Assembly (NCBI GenBank): GCA_963765495.1
Contig: CAVXWP010000004.1
Location: 224,001-288,000, forward strand
Source of the DNA: Blastocatellia bacterium
GTDB taxonomy: Bacteria > Acidobacteriota > Blastocatellia > UBA7656
Direction: 5' to 3'
Length of the DNA stretch: 64,000 bases
Shown here: in pieces, positions 8,923 through 18,440 of the stretch
Layout: the number at the start of each line of letters is the position of its first letter
How positions within the stretch are numbered: position 1 is the stretch's first letter
The notes under the pieces: model-generated
What the model saw: the letters and a program-made list of their open reading frames with translations, nothing else
Told to the model about the DNA's origin: nothing
The model's database searches: none
Program-made: the position numbers and the translations under genes

Positions 8923-9858
8923 TCAAATCCATCCTTTATACTTGAACCACGCAAGCATCGCCCCTGTGATAACTACCAGCCCTCCGGTCATATACCAGAT
9001 TCCGTTCGGATCTTTCAAGAAAGGCATGTACTCGAAATTCATTCCAAAATATCCGGTCACAAGCGTAAGCGGCAGCATGATAGTAGCCAGTATGGTCAGC
9101 GCCTTGACTATGTCGTTTGTGCGATTGGCCATCTGCGTGAGGTATATGTCGAGGCCGCCCGTGAGCAGGTCCCGATAAGTCTCTACAAGGTCGAGGGCGC
9201 GAACCGCGTGATCGTAGACATCGCGGAAGTATATGCGCATATCGCTGTGGATGAAATCGGTCTCGTCGCGGATAAGCACATTGATAAGCTCTCGCTGAGA
9301 AGAGACTGCCCGGCGAAAATGGAGCAGGCTGCGCTTCATATCAAAGATCGTTTCGAGTAATTTCACATCAGGATTCAGCAACAGGTCATCCTGAATATGA
9401 TCAATCGTGTCTCCCATATTATCGAGCGTGGGCAGATAGCGGTCTACGACCATGTCCATCAGGGCGTGCAACACCATATCGGCCCGTTTCAGGTGGGCGG
9501 CATTCGTAGCCAGCTTTTTTTCGATTTCACATATCGCGAGGCTCTGGCCGAAGTGAACGGTCACTATGTAGTCGGGGCCGAGGAAGACGTCTATCTCTTT
9601 TGTGTTCACCTCGCAGGGCGATTCGGAATAATGGGTAGTGTTGACGATGACAAATGAATAGCCTTCGTAATAATCGATCTTGGCCAGTTGATTGCGATGG
9701 CGGCAATCTTCTACGGCGAGTTCGTGAAACCCATAACGGACGGCCAGATCATCAAGCGCCTTGCTGTTTGGATCATCAAGGTCGAGCCATAGCAGGCCGG
9801 GGCCATCCATAATAGTGCGGAGCCCAACCACAGCCACATCTGTTGTAGTTTGACTTAT
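8923..9858 (-). CDS. corA: CorA Mg/Co transporter (start uncertain: ATA 9858 or GTG 9837)
   Basis: HELAVEDC, YFRDVYDH, GYFGMNF signature, two C-terminal TM helices. Confidence 0.92.
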   Translation of the reverse strand: MSQTTTDVAVVGLRTIMDGPGLLWLDLDDPNSKALDDLAVRYGFHELAVEDCRHRNQLAKIDYYEGYSFVIVNTTHYSESPCEVNTKEIDVFLGPDYIVTVHFGQSLAICEIEKKLATNAAHLKRADMVLHALMDMVVDRYLPTLDNMGDTIDHIQDDLLLNPDVKLLETIFDMKRSLLHFRRAVSSQRELINVLIRDETDFIHSDMRIYFRDVYDHAVRALDLVETYRDLLTGGLDIYLTQMANRTNDIVKALTILATIMLPLTLVTGYFGMNFEYMPFLKDPNGIWYMTGGLVVITGAMLAWFKYKGWI

Positions 9859-9875
9859 GGCTCTTACTCCTCCGA

Positions 9876-10000
9876 GCAGTAGGCAGTAGGCAGTAACGGA
9901 GTTGGGTACCAGCTATTCATATGCATTCGCCATGCTCTCTTCAGCAGTAGCCGTCAGTTCAGTATAAGCTGCCTACTGCCTACTGCCTACTGATTACTGA
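9876..10000. repeat. Inverted tandem-heptamer element, unit GCAGTAG (family B)
   Basis: (GCAGTAG)2 GCAGTAA, ~72 nt spacer, CTGC(CTACTGC)2 CTACTGA TTACTGA. Confidence 0.95.
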
Positions 10001-10002
10001 TC

Positions 10003-10335
10003 TCAACGTCTTCGTTTGGTTTGACGGCTGGCGCGGCGTTTAGTTCGCGCTTCTCTTGCTGCGGCATCTCCCGCATCGACCGCAGCCGTACTGGTGATAC
10101 TGCCGGCCGCTTCCGGCGTCGGCAAATCCAGGTCTACTTTGTCAAACTTTACACCGTAATCCATCGCTATGGCGAAAAGGAGACCGGCAATGGCCAATGT
10201 CATGAGCCAGTATCCGATTGTGAGCCATACGCCGCCAAGGGCAACTGTCGCCACTATTATGCCCCCGGCCACGATCAAAAATAGCACGCGCGGCAAGGTT
10301 ATCTGACCGCTCTTAATTACCTTATCTTCTGCCAT
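10003..10335 (-). CDS. Small two-TM hypothetical protein with basic tail
   Basis: Two hydrophobic segments; GGGAG SD upstream. Confidence 0.7.
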   Translation of the reverse strand: MAEDKVIKSGQITLPRVLFLIVAGGIIVATVALGGVWLTIGYWLMTLAIAGLLFAIAMDYGVKFDKVDLDLPTPEAAGSITSTAAVDAGDAAAREARTKRRASRQTKRRR

Positions 10336-10494
10336 GAAATGATTCTCCCAGTATTATGAATGGTAGCCGATAATTATTACTGGAAGCGGCCCGCCTTTGC
10401 AACCTGTTAATACGGCGCGGCAGGACCGATTCAGCCAATTTACCTCCAAAGCTATTGACGCCAATTGCAGCCGGATAAAGAATTGCCGAAGCCC

Positions 10495-10523
10495 GTTAAC
10501 ACTTTTCACCGGAGGAGCGTCTA
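10495..10523 (+). promoter_or_regulatory. ECF-type promoter upstream of the ECF sigma gene
   Basis: GTTAAC-N17-CGTCTA matches the AAC...CGT ECF pattern. Confidence 0.65.
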
Positions 10524-10560
10524 TAGTGGTGTACAGGGTAAAAGGATGTACAGGATTGAA

Positions 10561-11136
10561 ATGGGTCTATCGCTTGCGGCCAGACGACAACAGCCCGTGG
10601 CCAGACAAACCGTGACTGAATTCTCCCGAGAGACCTCGCTCGTAGAGGCCGTTCGCCGGGGGGATCAGGAGGCCTTCGGACGACTCTACGATCTTTATGC
10701 GCCTATGGTGCATGGGCTCCTGCTGGCCAGAGTGCCCTGGTCTGAGGTGGACGACCTTGTACAGGATGTGTTTCTCACGGCATTCAGGAAGCTCGACACG
10801 CTCAGAGAGAGCGCGGCCTTTGGCGGCTGGCTCGCCATGATTGCCCGCAACCGCGCGATGGATTTTCATCGCCGCTCGTATAGGACCGAAGAGCTTACCG
10901 AAGAGATGGCGGTCCGCAATTTTTCGGAGGCCGAGACGGAAGCGGCAAAGGCCCTTGATACGATTCGCGAGCTTCCCGAAGCTTACAGAGAAACGCTTAT
11001 CCTTCGCCTCGTGGAAGGCATGACAGGACCCGAGATTGCCGAACGAACGGGACTCACTCCCGCTTCGGTCCGAGTAAATCTCCATCGCGGCATGAAGTTG
11101 TTACGCGAGAAGCTTGGTATGGAGGAAGTATCATGA
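10561..11136 (+). CDS. ECF RNA polymerase sigma factor
   Basis: DDLVQDVFL, WLAMIARNRAMD, LPEAYRETLIL, EIAERTG...SVRVNLHRG. Confidence 0.93.
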   Translation: MGLSLAARRQQPVARQTVTEFSRETSLVEAVRRGDQEAFGRLYDLYAPMVHGLLLARVPWSEVDDLVQDVFLTAFRKLDTLRESAAFGGWLAMIARNRAMDFHRRSYRTEELTEEMAVRNFSEAETEAAKALDTIRELPEAYRETLILRLVEGMTGPEIAERTGLTPASVRVNLHRGMKLLREKLGMEEVS

Positions 11137-11954
11137 AAGACGATTATCTGTGGGATGGTTCGGGAGAGCCCGACCCGGAAATAGAGCAACTGGAACACCT
11201 ACTCGGCAGGTATCGTCATCACGGGGAAGCGCCCGAACTTCCCGCGCGACTTCCCGAGCCGCAGCGCTCGTGGATTACGCCCCGGTTTGCGGCGGCGGCG
11301 GCGATAATCCTGATGGCGCTCGCCGGATTGCTCCTGTTTCTGCTCTTGCCGGGCAGGCATCAGCAGCCTGAACAGGCTACGGGCAAGACACCGCAAGAGC
11401 AGCACGAAGAGAACAGTAAAGAGGCTCCTCCCGCGCCGCCTCAAAAGAAGGAAGAGATTGCAAGCAACACCGGCACGACACCTGAAAAGACCGGGCCGGG
11501 GCAAAAGCATTCCGCAAGCAATAAAAGAAGAGTGCAGGAAGCGCCTCAGAAGGAGACGCCCGTGAGAGAATCGCCGCAAATCGTGGCCTCTGCGAATCCT
11601 TTTCTCGATGCCGAAACGGCAAAGCATCTGGAAAGCGCGCAACTTCTTCTGAGGGCTTTCAGAAACATCCCGATTTCAGAGACGGAGACCGCGCTCGATG
11701 TCTCTTATGAAAAGCAACGGTCGAGAGAGTTGCTTGATAAAAATAATCGGTTGCGGCGCGAGGCGGAATCAAAAGGCAATTTGCCGGTCGAAGACCTGCT
11801 CGGCGATCTCGAGCCTTACCTGCTCGACATAGCCAATCTGCCCGACCGGGCTACAACCCAGGAGGTTCATTCAATAAAGAGCCTCATCGAAAAACGAGAA
11901 ATCGTATCCACACTGCAAGTCTATTCCAGGCCAATGATGGCCGGAGGATTTTAA
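11133..11954 (+). CDS. Putative anti-sigma factor (single TM)
   Basis: ATGA-coupled to the sigma gene; short N-domain, one TM, low-complexity linker, helical C-domain. Confidence 0.7.
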   Translation: MKDDYLWDGSGEPDPEIEQLEHLLGRYRHHGEAPELPARLPEPQRSWITPRFAAAAAIILMALAGLLLFLLLPGRHQQPEQATGKTPQEQHEENSKEAPPAPPQKKEEIASNTGTTPEKTGPGQKHSASNKRRVQEAPQKETPVRESPQIVASANPFLDAETAKHLESAQLLLRAFRNIPISETETALDVSYEKQRSRELLDKNNRLRREAESKGNLPVEDLLGDLEPYLLDIANLPDRATTQEVHSIKSLIEKREIVSTLQVYSRPMMAGGF

Positions 11955-11975
11955 TCTATCTGTTGGGAGAAAAAT

Positions 11976-13520
11976 ATGAATCGCACTGATTACATTCAAG
12001 CCAGTTACCGCGCGAAGAGCCTCCGCCTGAGCCTAATGGTCGGGGTCGCAACCGCCCTGCTCACAGTCCTTCTGGTCTGCACCAGTCTGGTAAACGGTTT
12101 TGATCAGGATGTGGCAAAGCTCAACCAGTTTGTTCAGACATCCAACTCGACTGGCGCAGCAATGGACATGTTCCGCGAGGCAAGAGATTTGATCGCGGCA
12201 GAAAACTGGGGACGCGCCGGGCAGGTGCTCACCCGTTTGATAGACCAATACCCGCGAGACAAAAACGTTGACGCGGCGCTTTATTACCTCGCTTTCTCTA
12301 TGAAGAAACAGGAAAGGTTCAAGGATGCCGACACGCAACTCAAACGCCTGATAAGGGAGTATCCGCAGTCTTCGTGGATAAAGGACGCAAAGGCCATGCA
12401 GATAGAGATTGCCAACCGCGTAGGCAAACCGGCGGTTGATCCCGCGCAGGTGGATCAGGGAAATGAAGACCTTAAAACCTACGCGCTGCAAAGCCTCTGC
12501 CAGAACAACGCCGAGCGTTGCGCCTCGCTGGTATCCGATATTCTAAAGCCCGGTTACAACGCGAGCCCTCGATTCAAAGAGAACGCGGTCGCGCTCCTGG
12601 GCCAGAATCAAAGCGAGCAGGGGACCGCAATCCTTATGGATGTGGTCCGCAACAGTTCGGATTCCAAGCTGCGAAAGACGGCCATTTTCTGGGTCGGACA
12701 GACAAACGGCGAAGCGGCCTTCGACCTGCTGAAAGACCTTGCAACGACTTCGACCGATGACGAAGTAAGCAAGGCGGCGGTCTTTGCAATCTCTCAGCAC
12801 GACAGCGAGCGCGCCAGCCAGTTTCTGAGCCAGATGGCTCGAAACGCAAAATCGGTCACCGTGCGCAAGGAAGCGATTTTCTGGCTCGGTCAGAGAGACG
12901 ATGAAAAAGCCATCGACGAATTGAAAGCCGTCTTTGATGCCGATCAGGATGTGGAGATCAGAAAGCAGGTGCTATTTGCCCTCTCGCAACAATCAAGCCC
13001 GCGCGCTCGCACCCTCCTGAGCGAAGTCGCCCGATCTTCGGGCGCAGATGTTGAGGTTCGCAAGCAGGCCATCTTCTGGCTCGGGCAGAAGGGCGACGAG
13101 CAGAGCGCCGACGAATTGATCGCGATCTATGAAGCGAATAAGGATGAAGAGGTCCGCAAACAGGTCATATTCGCGATGTCGCAGATGGATAACCCGCGCG
13201 CTCAGGCAAGGCTTGCCGAAATAGCCCGCAACGGCGAGACGCCCGAGCTTCGCGGACAGGCCATCTTCTGGGTAGGTCAGAAGGGCGGAGAGCAGGCCTG
13301 TAATGACCTGTCTCAGCTTTACGATCAGGAAAAGAGCGAAGAGGTTAAGAAGAAAATCATCTTCGGCCTCAGCCAGAACAACACCAAATGCTCGCTCAGA
13401 AAACTTATGGACATAGCCAAGAATGACTCTTCGGTCGAACTGAGGAATCAGGCCATCTTCTGGATCGGACAAAACGACGACCCGGAGGCCACCAAATTCC
13501 TTCTAGATATTCTCAAGTAA
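11976..13520 (+). CDS. Exported TPR + HEAT-repeat protein
   Basis: Hydrophobic N-terminus, TPR-like YPRDKNVDAALYYLA / YPQSSW, nine alternating FWxGQ / FxxSQ repeats. Confidence 0.85.
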   Translation: MNRTDYIQASYRAKSLRLSLMVGVATALLTVLLVCTSLVNGFDQDVAKLNQFVQTSNSTGAAMDMFREARDLIAAENWGRAGQVLTRLIDQYPRDKNVDAALYYLAFSMKKQERFKDADTQLKRLIREYPQSSWIKDAKAMQIEIANRVGKPAVDPAQVDQGNEDLKTYALQSLCQNNAERCASLVSDILKPGYNASPRFKENAVALLGQNQSEQGTAILMDVVRNSSDSKLRKTAIFWVGQTNGEAAFDLLKDLATTSTDDEVSKAAVFAISQHDSERASQFLSQMARNAKSVTVRKEAIFWLGQRDDEKAIDELKAVFDADQDVEIRKQVLFALSQQSSPRARTLLSEVARSSGADVEVRKQAIFWLGQKGDEQSADELIAIYEANKDEEVRKQVIFAMSQMDNPRAQARLAEIARNGETPELRGQAIFWVGQKGGEQACNDLSQLYDQEKSEEVKKKIIFGLSQNNTKCSLRKLMDIAKNDSSVELRNQAIFWIGQNDDPEATKFLLDILK

Positions 13521-13570
13521 CACGCTCGCTGTTTGTTGAAACCTTTTCGGGCCGGGGCTCACTTACCCTC

Positions 13571-13642
13571 CGGTTAAGAGAAACCGACCCTGTTAAAGGT
13601 GTCCTCCTCCTTCACTCCCGGCCGTCAAGGCCGGGAGATTTT
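13571..13642 (+). ncRNA. Candidate small RNA with CCUCCUCC motif
   Basis: Lies between a GAAAC-N17-CACTTA motif and a terminator-like hairpin; contains TCCTCCTCCTTC. Confidence 0.4.
13615..13642 (+). terminator. Intrinsic terminator-like hairpin
   Basis: CTCCCGGCC-GTCAA-GGCCGGGAG-ATTTT. Confidence 0.7.
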
Positions 13643-13677
13643 GAACACCGCAATTGCGCTCACTGGAGAACAAGAGT

Positions 13678-14379
13678 ATGAGCACATACAATCAAACTCT
13701 CTTACGACTCGAAGGAGTCTCAAAAATCTTTTCCACGGATGAAGTCGAAACTCACGCCTTATCGGGCATCTTCCTTGAAGTCAAACAGGGCGAGTTTATC
13801 TCAATCGAAGGCCCTTCGGGCTGCGGCAAATCTACGCTGCTCTCGATTCTCGGGCTGCTCGATTCGCCGACCGAAGGCCAGTACACGCTGGGCGATAAAT
13901 CGGTGGCCTCTCTTCCGATGAGTGAAAGAGCGCGCATCCGCAACCGCGAAGTCGGGTTTATTTTTCAGAGTTTCAACCTGATCGGGGACCTGAGTGTTTA
14001 CGAAAACGTAGAGCTTCCGCTCACCTATCGCGGGATGAGATCGACCGAACGGCGGCGGCGAGTGCGGGAAGCACTCGAACGGGTGGGAATGGCGCACAGG
14101 GAGCGACACCTGCCCGCGCAATTGTCGGGCGGTCAGCAGCAGCGCATTGCAGTTGCCCGCGCAGTTGCCGGTGAGCCGTTGATCCTGCTTGCCGATGAGC
14201 CTACGGGAAATCTCGATTCCATTCACGGCGAGGCGGTGATGAACCTGCTCAAAGAGCTTCACTCTCAGGGAGCGACCATCTGCATGGTCACGCACGATCC
14301 GAGATACGCGCGCGAGGCCGACAGACAGATACATCTATTCGACGGACGAGTTATTCAGGAAGGCGTGCTGGCAGCCTGA
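13678..14379 (+). CDS. ABC transporter ATP-binding protein (MacB/LolD type)
   Basis: [33 protein letters not shown]. Confidence 0.95.
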   Translation: MSTYNQTLLRLEGVSKIFSTDEVETHALSGIFLEVKQGEFISIEGPSGCGKSTLLSILGLLDSPTEGQYTLGDKSVASLPMSERARIRNREVGFIFQSFNLIGDLSVYENVELPLTYRGMRSTERRRRVREALERVGMAHRERHLPAQLSGGQQQRIAVARAVAGEPLILLADEPTGNLDSIHGEAVMNLLKELHSQGATICMVTHDPRYAREADRQIHLFDGRVIQEGVLAA

Positions 14380-14383
14380 AAAG

Positions 14384-14502
14384 TTTTGAATTTTGAGTTT
14401 TGAGTTTTGAGTTATAGATACTTGGCGGATTCCACTAAAGTATCTGAGCTTTTAAATCTCAATCCCAAAACTCAAAATTCAACACTCAAAACTCAAAACT
14501 CA
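14384..14502. repeat. Inverted tandem-heptamer element, unit TTTTGAG (family C)
   Basis: TTTTGAA(TTTTGAG)3, spacer with 8 bp hairpin, about 5-6 CTCAAAA units. Confidence 0.95.
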
Positions 14503-14527
14503 TTGAAAGGGTGAGGAGCGATCAAGG

Positions 14528-16966
14528 ATGGAAAGCATCTACAAGGACCTGCGTTTTAGCCTTCGGGTGTTGATAAACAGCCCCGGCTTTACTTTTGTTG
14601 CAATACTGACTCTTGCGCTCGGCATAGGCGCAAACAGCGCCGTCTTCAGCATAGTCAATTCCGTGCTGCTCAAGCCCTTGCCTTACCAGGACCCGGACAA
14701 ATTGGTCGTAGCCCTGCACGGCGGCACAAGCCCCGTCTCGCCCGCCGATTTTTTTGACTGGAAACGGCAGGCAAACTCATTCGAGCAGTTGGCCGCCGCC
14801 GAAATCTGGGGACCGAACCTGACCGGCAGAGATCGCCCTGAACAGATTCAGGCCCTTCGCGCTACGGATAATCTCTTCGCGCTCCTCGGGGTTCAACCCG
14901 TGCTCGGGCGCGGGTTTCTGCCCGGCGAAGATCAGCCGGGCGCGCAACCCGTAGTCGTGCTGAGTCAGGGGTTGTGGCAGAGACGTTTTGGCGGCGACCA
15001 AAAGATTCTTGGACAGACATTGACGCTCGACGGGAACAGCTACACCGTGATCGGCGTCATGCCTCCGGGTTTTCAATTCCCTATGTTCTGGGCTACAAAT
15101 GCCGAGATGTGGGCACCTCTTGTGATTGCGGACCGCACAGGCAATCGCGCTGCTCGCAGTCTGCGCATCTTTGGCCGGCTCAAACCGGATGTCAGCCTCG
15201 CTCAGGCGCAGACTGAGATGAGCGCCATCACCGCGAGGCTTACCGAACAGTACCCGAAAACAAACACGGAATCGAATGTTTCGGTCATTCCTCTCAAGAA
15301 AAAGGTCGTGGGCGATGTTCAACCGACTTTGCTTGTTCTGCTTTCGGCAGTCGGACTTGTCCTCCTGATCGCGTGCATAAACATAGCCAATTTGCTGCTT
15401 GCCAGAGCGAGCGGGCGCGAGAAAGAGATCGCCGTTCGCCTAGCGCTCGGAGCTACGCGCTTTCGCCTCGTGAGACAGATGTTGACAGAGAGCCTCCTGC
15501 TTGCCTTGATTGGAGGCGGAGCCGGGCTTCTGCTCGCTTTCTGGAGCGTTAATCTTTTCCTGTCCGCCCTGCCCGAAGGCACCCTGCCCCGCAGTAAGGC
15601 GATCAGCCTCGACACGCCTGCGCTTGTATTCACTCTGCTGCTCACCTTATTGACGGGGCTGTTTTTTGGCCTTGCGCCCGCGTGGCAGGCTACGCGCCCG
15701 GACCTGAACGAGGCGCTAAAGGCGGGCGGCAGAAACGCGGCGGCAAACCCGGGCAGCCATCGGTTGCGCAGTCTGCTTGTAGTCTCGCAGGTGGCGCTGG
15801 CCCTTATGCTTCTGATAGGGGCGGGGCTTTTGATAAGAAGCTTTATGAAATTGCAATCGGTTGATCCGGGATTCAGCCCACGGAATGTCTTAACCATGAC
15901 GGTTTCTGTGGCAGGCTCCGCTGAATCAGACGGCGCGAGGCGCGCAGTCTTTTATCAGCAGTTGCTCGAACGAATCGACGGGCTTCCCGGCGTCGAATCG
16001 TCAAGCGCGATAAACCATCTCCCGCTTGACGGTGACGTCTGGGGATTTTCCTTCAGCATAGAGGGCCGCCCCGCGCCTGAGCCGGGCGAGCGCATGCGCG
16101 CTGCCTATCGCGTAGCCCTTCCCGGATATTTTCACACGATGGGGATTTCGCTCGACAGGGGACGCGACTTTACCGACCGGGACACGAAGGACGCGCCCGG
16201 CGTCATCATTATCAATGAGACTCTGGCTCGCCGTTACTGGCCAAATGAAGACCCGATTGGCAAGCGAATAAAGATGGGAAGCGCGGAATCAGACGCCGAG
16301 TGGCTTTCAATCGCGGGCGTGGTCAAAGACGTGAAACAAGAGGAATGGACAGAAGAACCTGGAAATGAAGTCTATCTGCCTTTCTTGCAAGAAGAGGATT
16401 ATCTGACCAATCCCAAGCCTCATTATGCTTATCTCACGCTTGTTGCGCGGACCTCATCCGACCCGGCGGCTCTCGCCGCGCAGGTGCGAAACGAAGTGTG
16501 GGCAATTGATAAGAACCTCCCCGTTTCAAGAGTAGCCACGATGGAACAGGTGATCGCGGAACAGTTGTGGCGACCCCGTTTCCTGATGCTCCTGCTTGGC
16601 AGTTTCGCTTCGGTTGCTCTTTTGCTTGCGGCTGTCGGCATATACGGCGTTATGTCTTATGCGGTAGCGCGACGCACGCACGAAATCGGCATCCGCATGG
16701 CTTTGGGCGCGCAGGCAGGCGATGTTCTGCGGCTGGTCGTAGGCCAGGCGCTCGCGCTTGCCCTGACGGGCGTAGCAGCGGGGCTGGCTGCGGCCTTCGC
16801 CCTTACGCGAGTTGTGTCTGGGCTACTCTTTGGTGTGAGCGCGACCGACCCGCTGATCTTCATAGCTATTCCGTTGATCCTGACAGGAGTGGCTCTGGCA
16901 GCCTGTTTCATCCCTGCGCGCCGGGCCGCTCGGGTGGACCCTATGGTGGCTCTAAGGTGCGAATGA
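14528..16966 (+). CDS. Duplicated MacB/FtsX permease (ADOP type)
   Basis: DLRFSLR...PGFT...LALGIGANSAVFS; REKEIAVRLALGA; RRTHEIGIRMALGA; PARRAARVDPMVALR. Confidence 0.93.
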   Translation: MESIYKDLRFSLRVLINSPGFTFVAILTLALGIGANSAVFSIVNSVLLKPLPYQDPDKLVVALHGGTSPVSPADFFDWKRQANSFEQLAAAEIWGPNLTGRDRPEQIQALRATDNLFALLGVQPVLGRGFLPGEDQPGAQPVVVLSQGLWQRRFGGDQKILGQTLTLDGNSYTVIGVMPPGFQFPMFWATNAEMWAPLVIADRTGNRAARSLRIFGRLKPDVSLAQAQTEMSAITARLTEQYPKTNTESNVSVIPLKKKVVGDVQPTLLVLLSAVGLVLLIACINIANLLLARASGREKEIAVRLALGATRFRLVRQMLTESLLLALIGGGAGLLLAFWSVNLFLSALPEGTLPRSKAISLDTPALVFTLLLTLLTGLFFGLAPAWQATRPDLNEALKAGGRNAAANPGSHRLRSLLVVSQVALALMLLIGAGLLIRSFMKLQSVDPGFSPRNVLTMTVSVAGSAESDGARRAVFYQQLLERIDGLPGVESSSAINHLPLDGDVWGFSFSIEGRPAPEPGERMRAAYRVALPGYFHTMGISLDRGRDFTDRDTKDAPGVIIINETLARRYWPNEDPIGKRIKMGSAESDAEWLSIAGVVKDVKQEEWTEEPGNEVYLPFLQEEDYLTNPKPHYAYLTLVARTSSDPAALAAQVRNEVWAIDKNLPVSRVATMEQVIAEQLWRPRFLMLLLGSFASVALLLAAVGIYGVMSYAVARRTHEIGIRMALGAQAGDVLRLVVGQALALALTGVAAGLAAAFALTRVVSGLLFGVSATDPLIFIAIPLILTGVALAACFIPARRAARVDPMVALRCE

Positions 16967-16972
16967 TTATTC

Positions 16973-17061
16973 GTGATGCGTGATGCGTGATTGGTGACTA
17001 TCGGGCGGTCCGCAGTTACACGGAAGCTTGCAGTCCTGCTAAATCACGAATCACGCATCAC
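16973..17061. repeat. Family A heptamer element, copy 2
   Basis: (GTGATGC)2 GTGATTG GTGAC, ~43 nt spacer, AATCAC GAATCAC GCATCAC. Confidence 0.93.
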
Positions 17062-17104
17062 GTGACCGTATCAGCACTATTTTGTTTGGAAAGGAACTCT
17101 TATC

Positions 17105-18244
17105 ATGCCGAAAATGACATACAAATTTTTCTGCCTGCTGGTTGCGGCAGTCGCGGTTTCATGTTCCGCTCTGGCTCAGAGCAAGCAATTCATCTCTGTT
17201 GACGGCCCCGATCTGAAGGCTCGGATCGACGCGGCAGTAAAACAGGGTCGCTCGGGAGGGTCGTCCTACTGGACTGCCTACTCATTCGACGTGAGGCCAG
17301 GTGTTGCCGTGGACTACGAGTGGAAAAATTCGCATGGGGTTACGCACTCCGATTCAGGAATCTCCATAAGCACATCCGACGACCCAACAATTGAGACTCG
17401 AAACCTCGGCATCTTTCTTTTGCGCAATCCGGGAGGCGACAGTGTCACCCGCGTGGAAGTTTACAACCTCGACCGCCAGCGTGAATACAGCGGGTATCCG
17501 GTCTACTGGCTCGGTCGCGCATCAAATGATGAGAGCATCCGCCTGCTCAAAAATCTGGCCGAAACTTACAAGTCAGACCGCATAGCCGAACACTCGGTTA
17601 TAGCGCTCGCCCTGCACGACGATCCTCGCGTGGGCGGCATATTGAAAGATTTCATTCGCAACTCGTCGGAAGACAGATTGCGCGAACCCGCCGTTTTCTG
17701 GCTGGGCCAGATTGGCGGAGAGACGCCCTTTCTGGCTGATCTGGTTCGCAACCAGAATGAGAACACAGAGATTCGAAAGAAAGCCGTCTTTTCCATCGGA
17801 GTGAGCAAAGACGCGCAGGCGCTTTCCACTCTGCGGAATCTTTACAGTTCAAGCGACAATCGAGAGGTCAGGAAACAGATCGTTTTCGCCGCCTCGATAA
17901 ACAGGGACGAAGACGCGGGGGTAGATTTTCTGATCGAGTCGGCTGAGAAAGAACCCGATCGCGAAGTGCGCAAACAGGCTATATTCTGGCTCGGGCAGAA
18001 GGCGGGCAAGCGCAGCCTTGAGGCGCTCGGGAACACCGTAAACAGTTCCGACGCGGATACCGAAGTGCAAAAACAGGCGGTATTTGCCATCTCTCAGCGG
18101 GACAAGAGCGAAGCCGTGCCGCTGTTGATAAAAGTCGCCCGCACTCATCCAAAGGGCGAAGTGCGCAAACAGGCCATCTTCTGGCTCGGCCAGATTGATG
18201 ACGAGCAGGCGCTTCAATTCTTCAAAGAGATTCTTTCAAAATAA
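17105..18244 (+). CDS. Exported HEAT-repeat protein
   Basis: Signal peptide ending SALA; RKQAIFWLGQ repeats similar to 11976..13520. Confidence 0.85.
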   Translation: MPKMTYKFFCLLVAAVAVSCSALAQSKQFISVDGPDLKARIDAAVKQGRSGGSSYWTAYSFDVRPGVAVDYEWKNSHGVTHSDSGISISTSDDPTIETRNLGIFLLRNPGGDSVTRVEVYNLDRQREYSGYPVYWLGRASNDESIRLLKNLAETYKSDRIAEHSVIALALHDDPRVGGILKDFIRNSSEDRLREPAVFWLGQIGGETPFLADLVRNQNENTEIRKKAVFSIGVSKDAQALSTLRNLYSSSDNREVRKQIVFAASINRDEDAGVDFLIESAEKEPDREVRKQAIFWLGQKAGKRSLEALGNTVNSSDADTEVQKQAVFAISQRDKSEAVPLLIKVARTHPKGEVRKQAIFWLGQIDDEQALQFFKEILSK

Positions 18245-18289
18245 AGCCTGACCTGAAGAAGCCGCCGCGTGACGCGCGAAAAAGTCTCA

Positions 18290-18353
18290 GACAGGATTAA
18301 CAGGATTTCCGCTATCTTCTTTCGCAAATTTTGTGAATCTTGTTAATCCTGTC
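18290..18353. repeat. Inverted tandem 9-mer element, unit AACAGGATT (family G)
   Basis: GACAGGATT AACAGGATT ... AATCTTGTT AATCCTGTC. Confidence 0.85.
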
Positions 18354-18440
18354 AAAAAACTGGCCCTTCGCCCTACTTGACGTTGCCATATCCGCTCACT
18401 ACAATCCAAGCAGTAACTTTTAGAACTGATTGTTTTTGTT

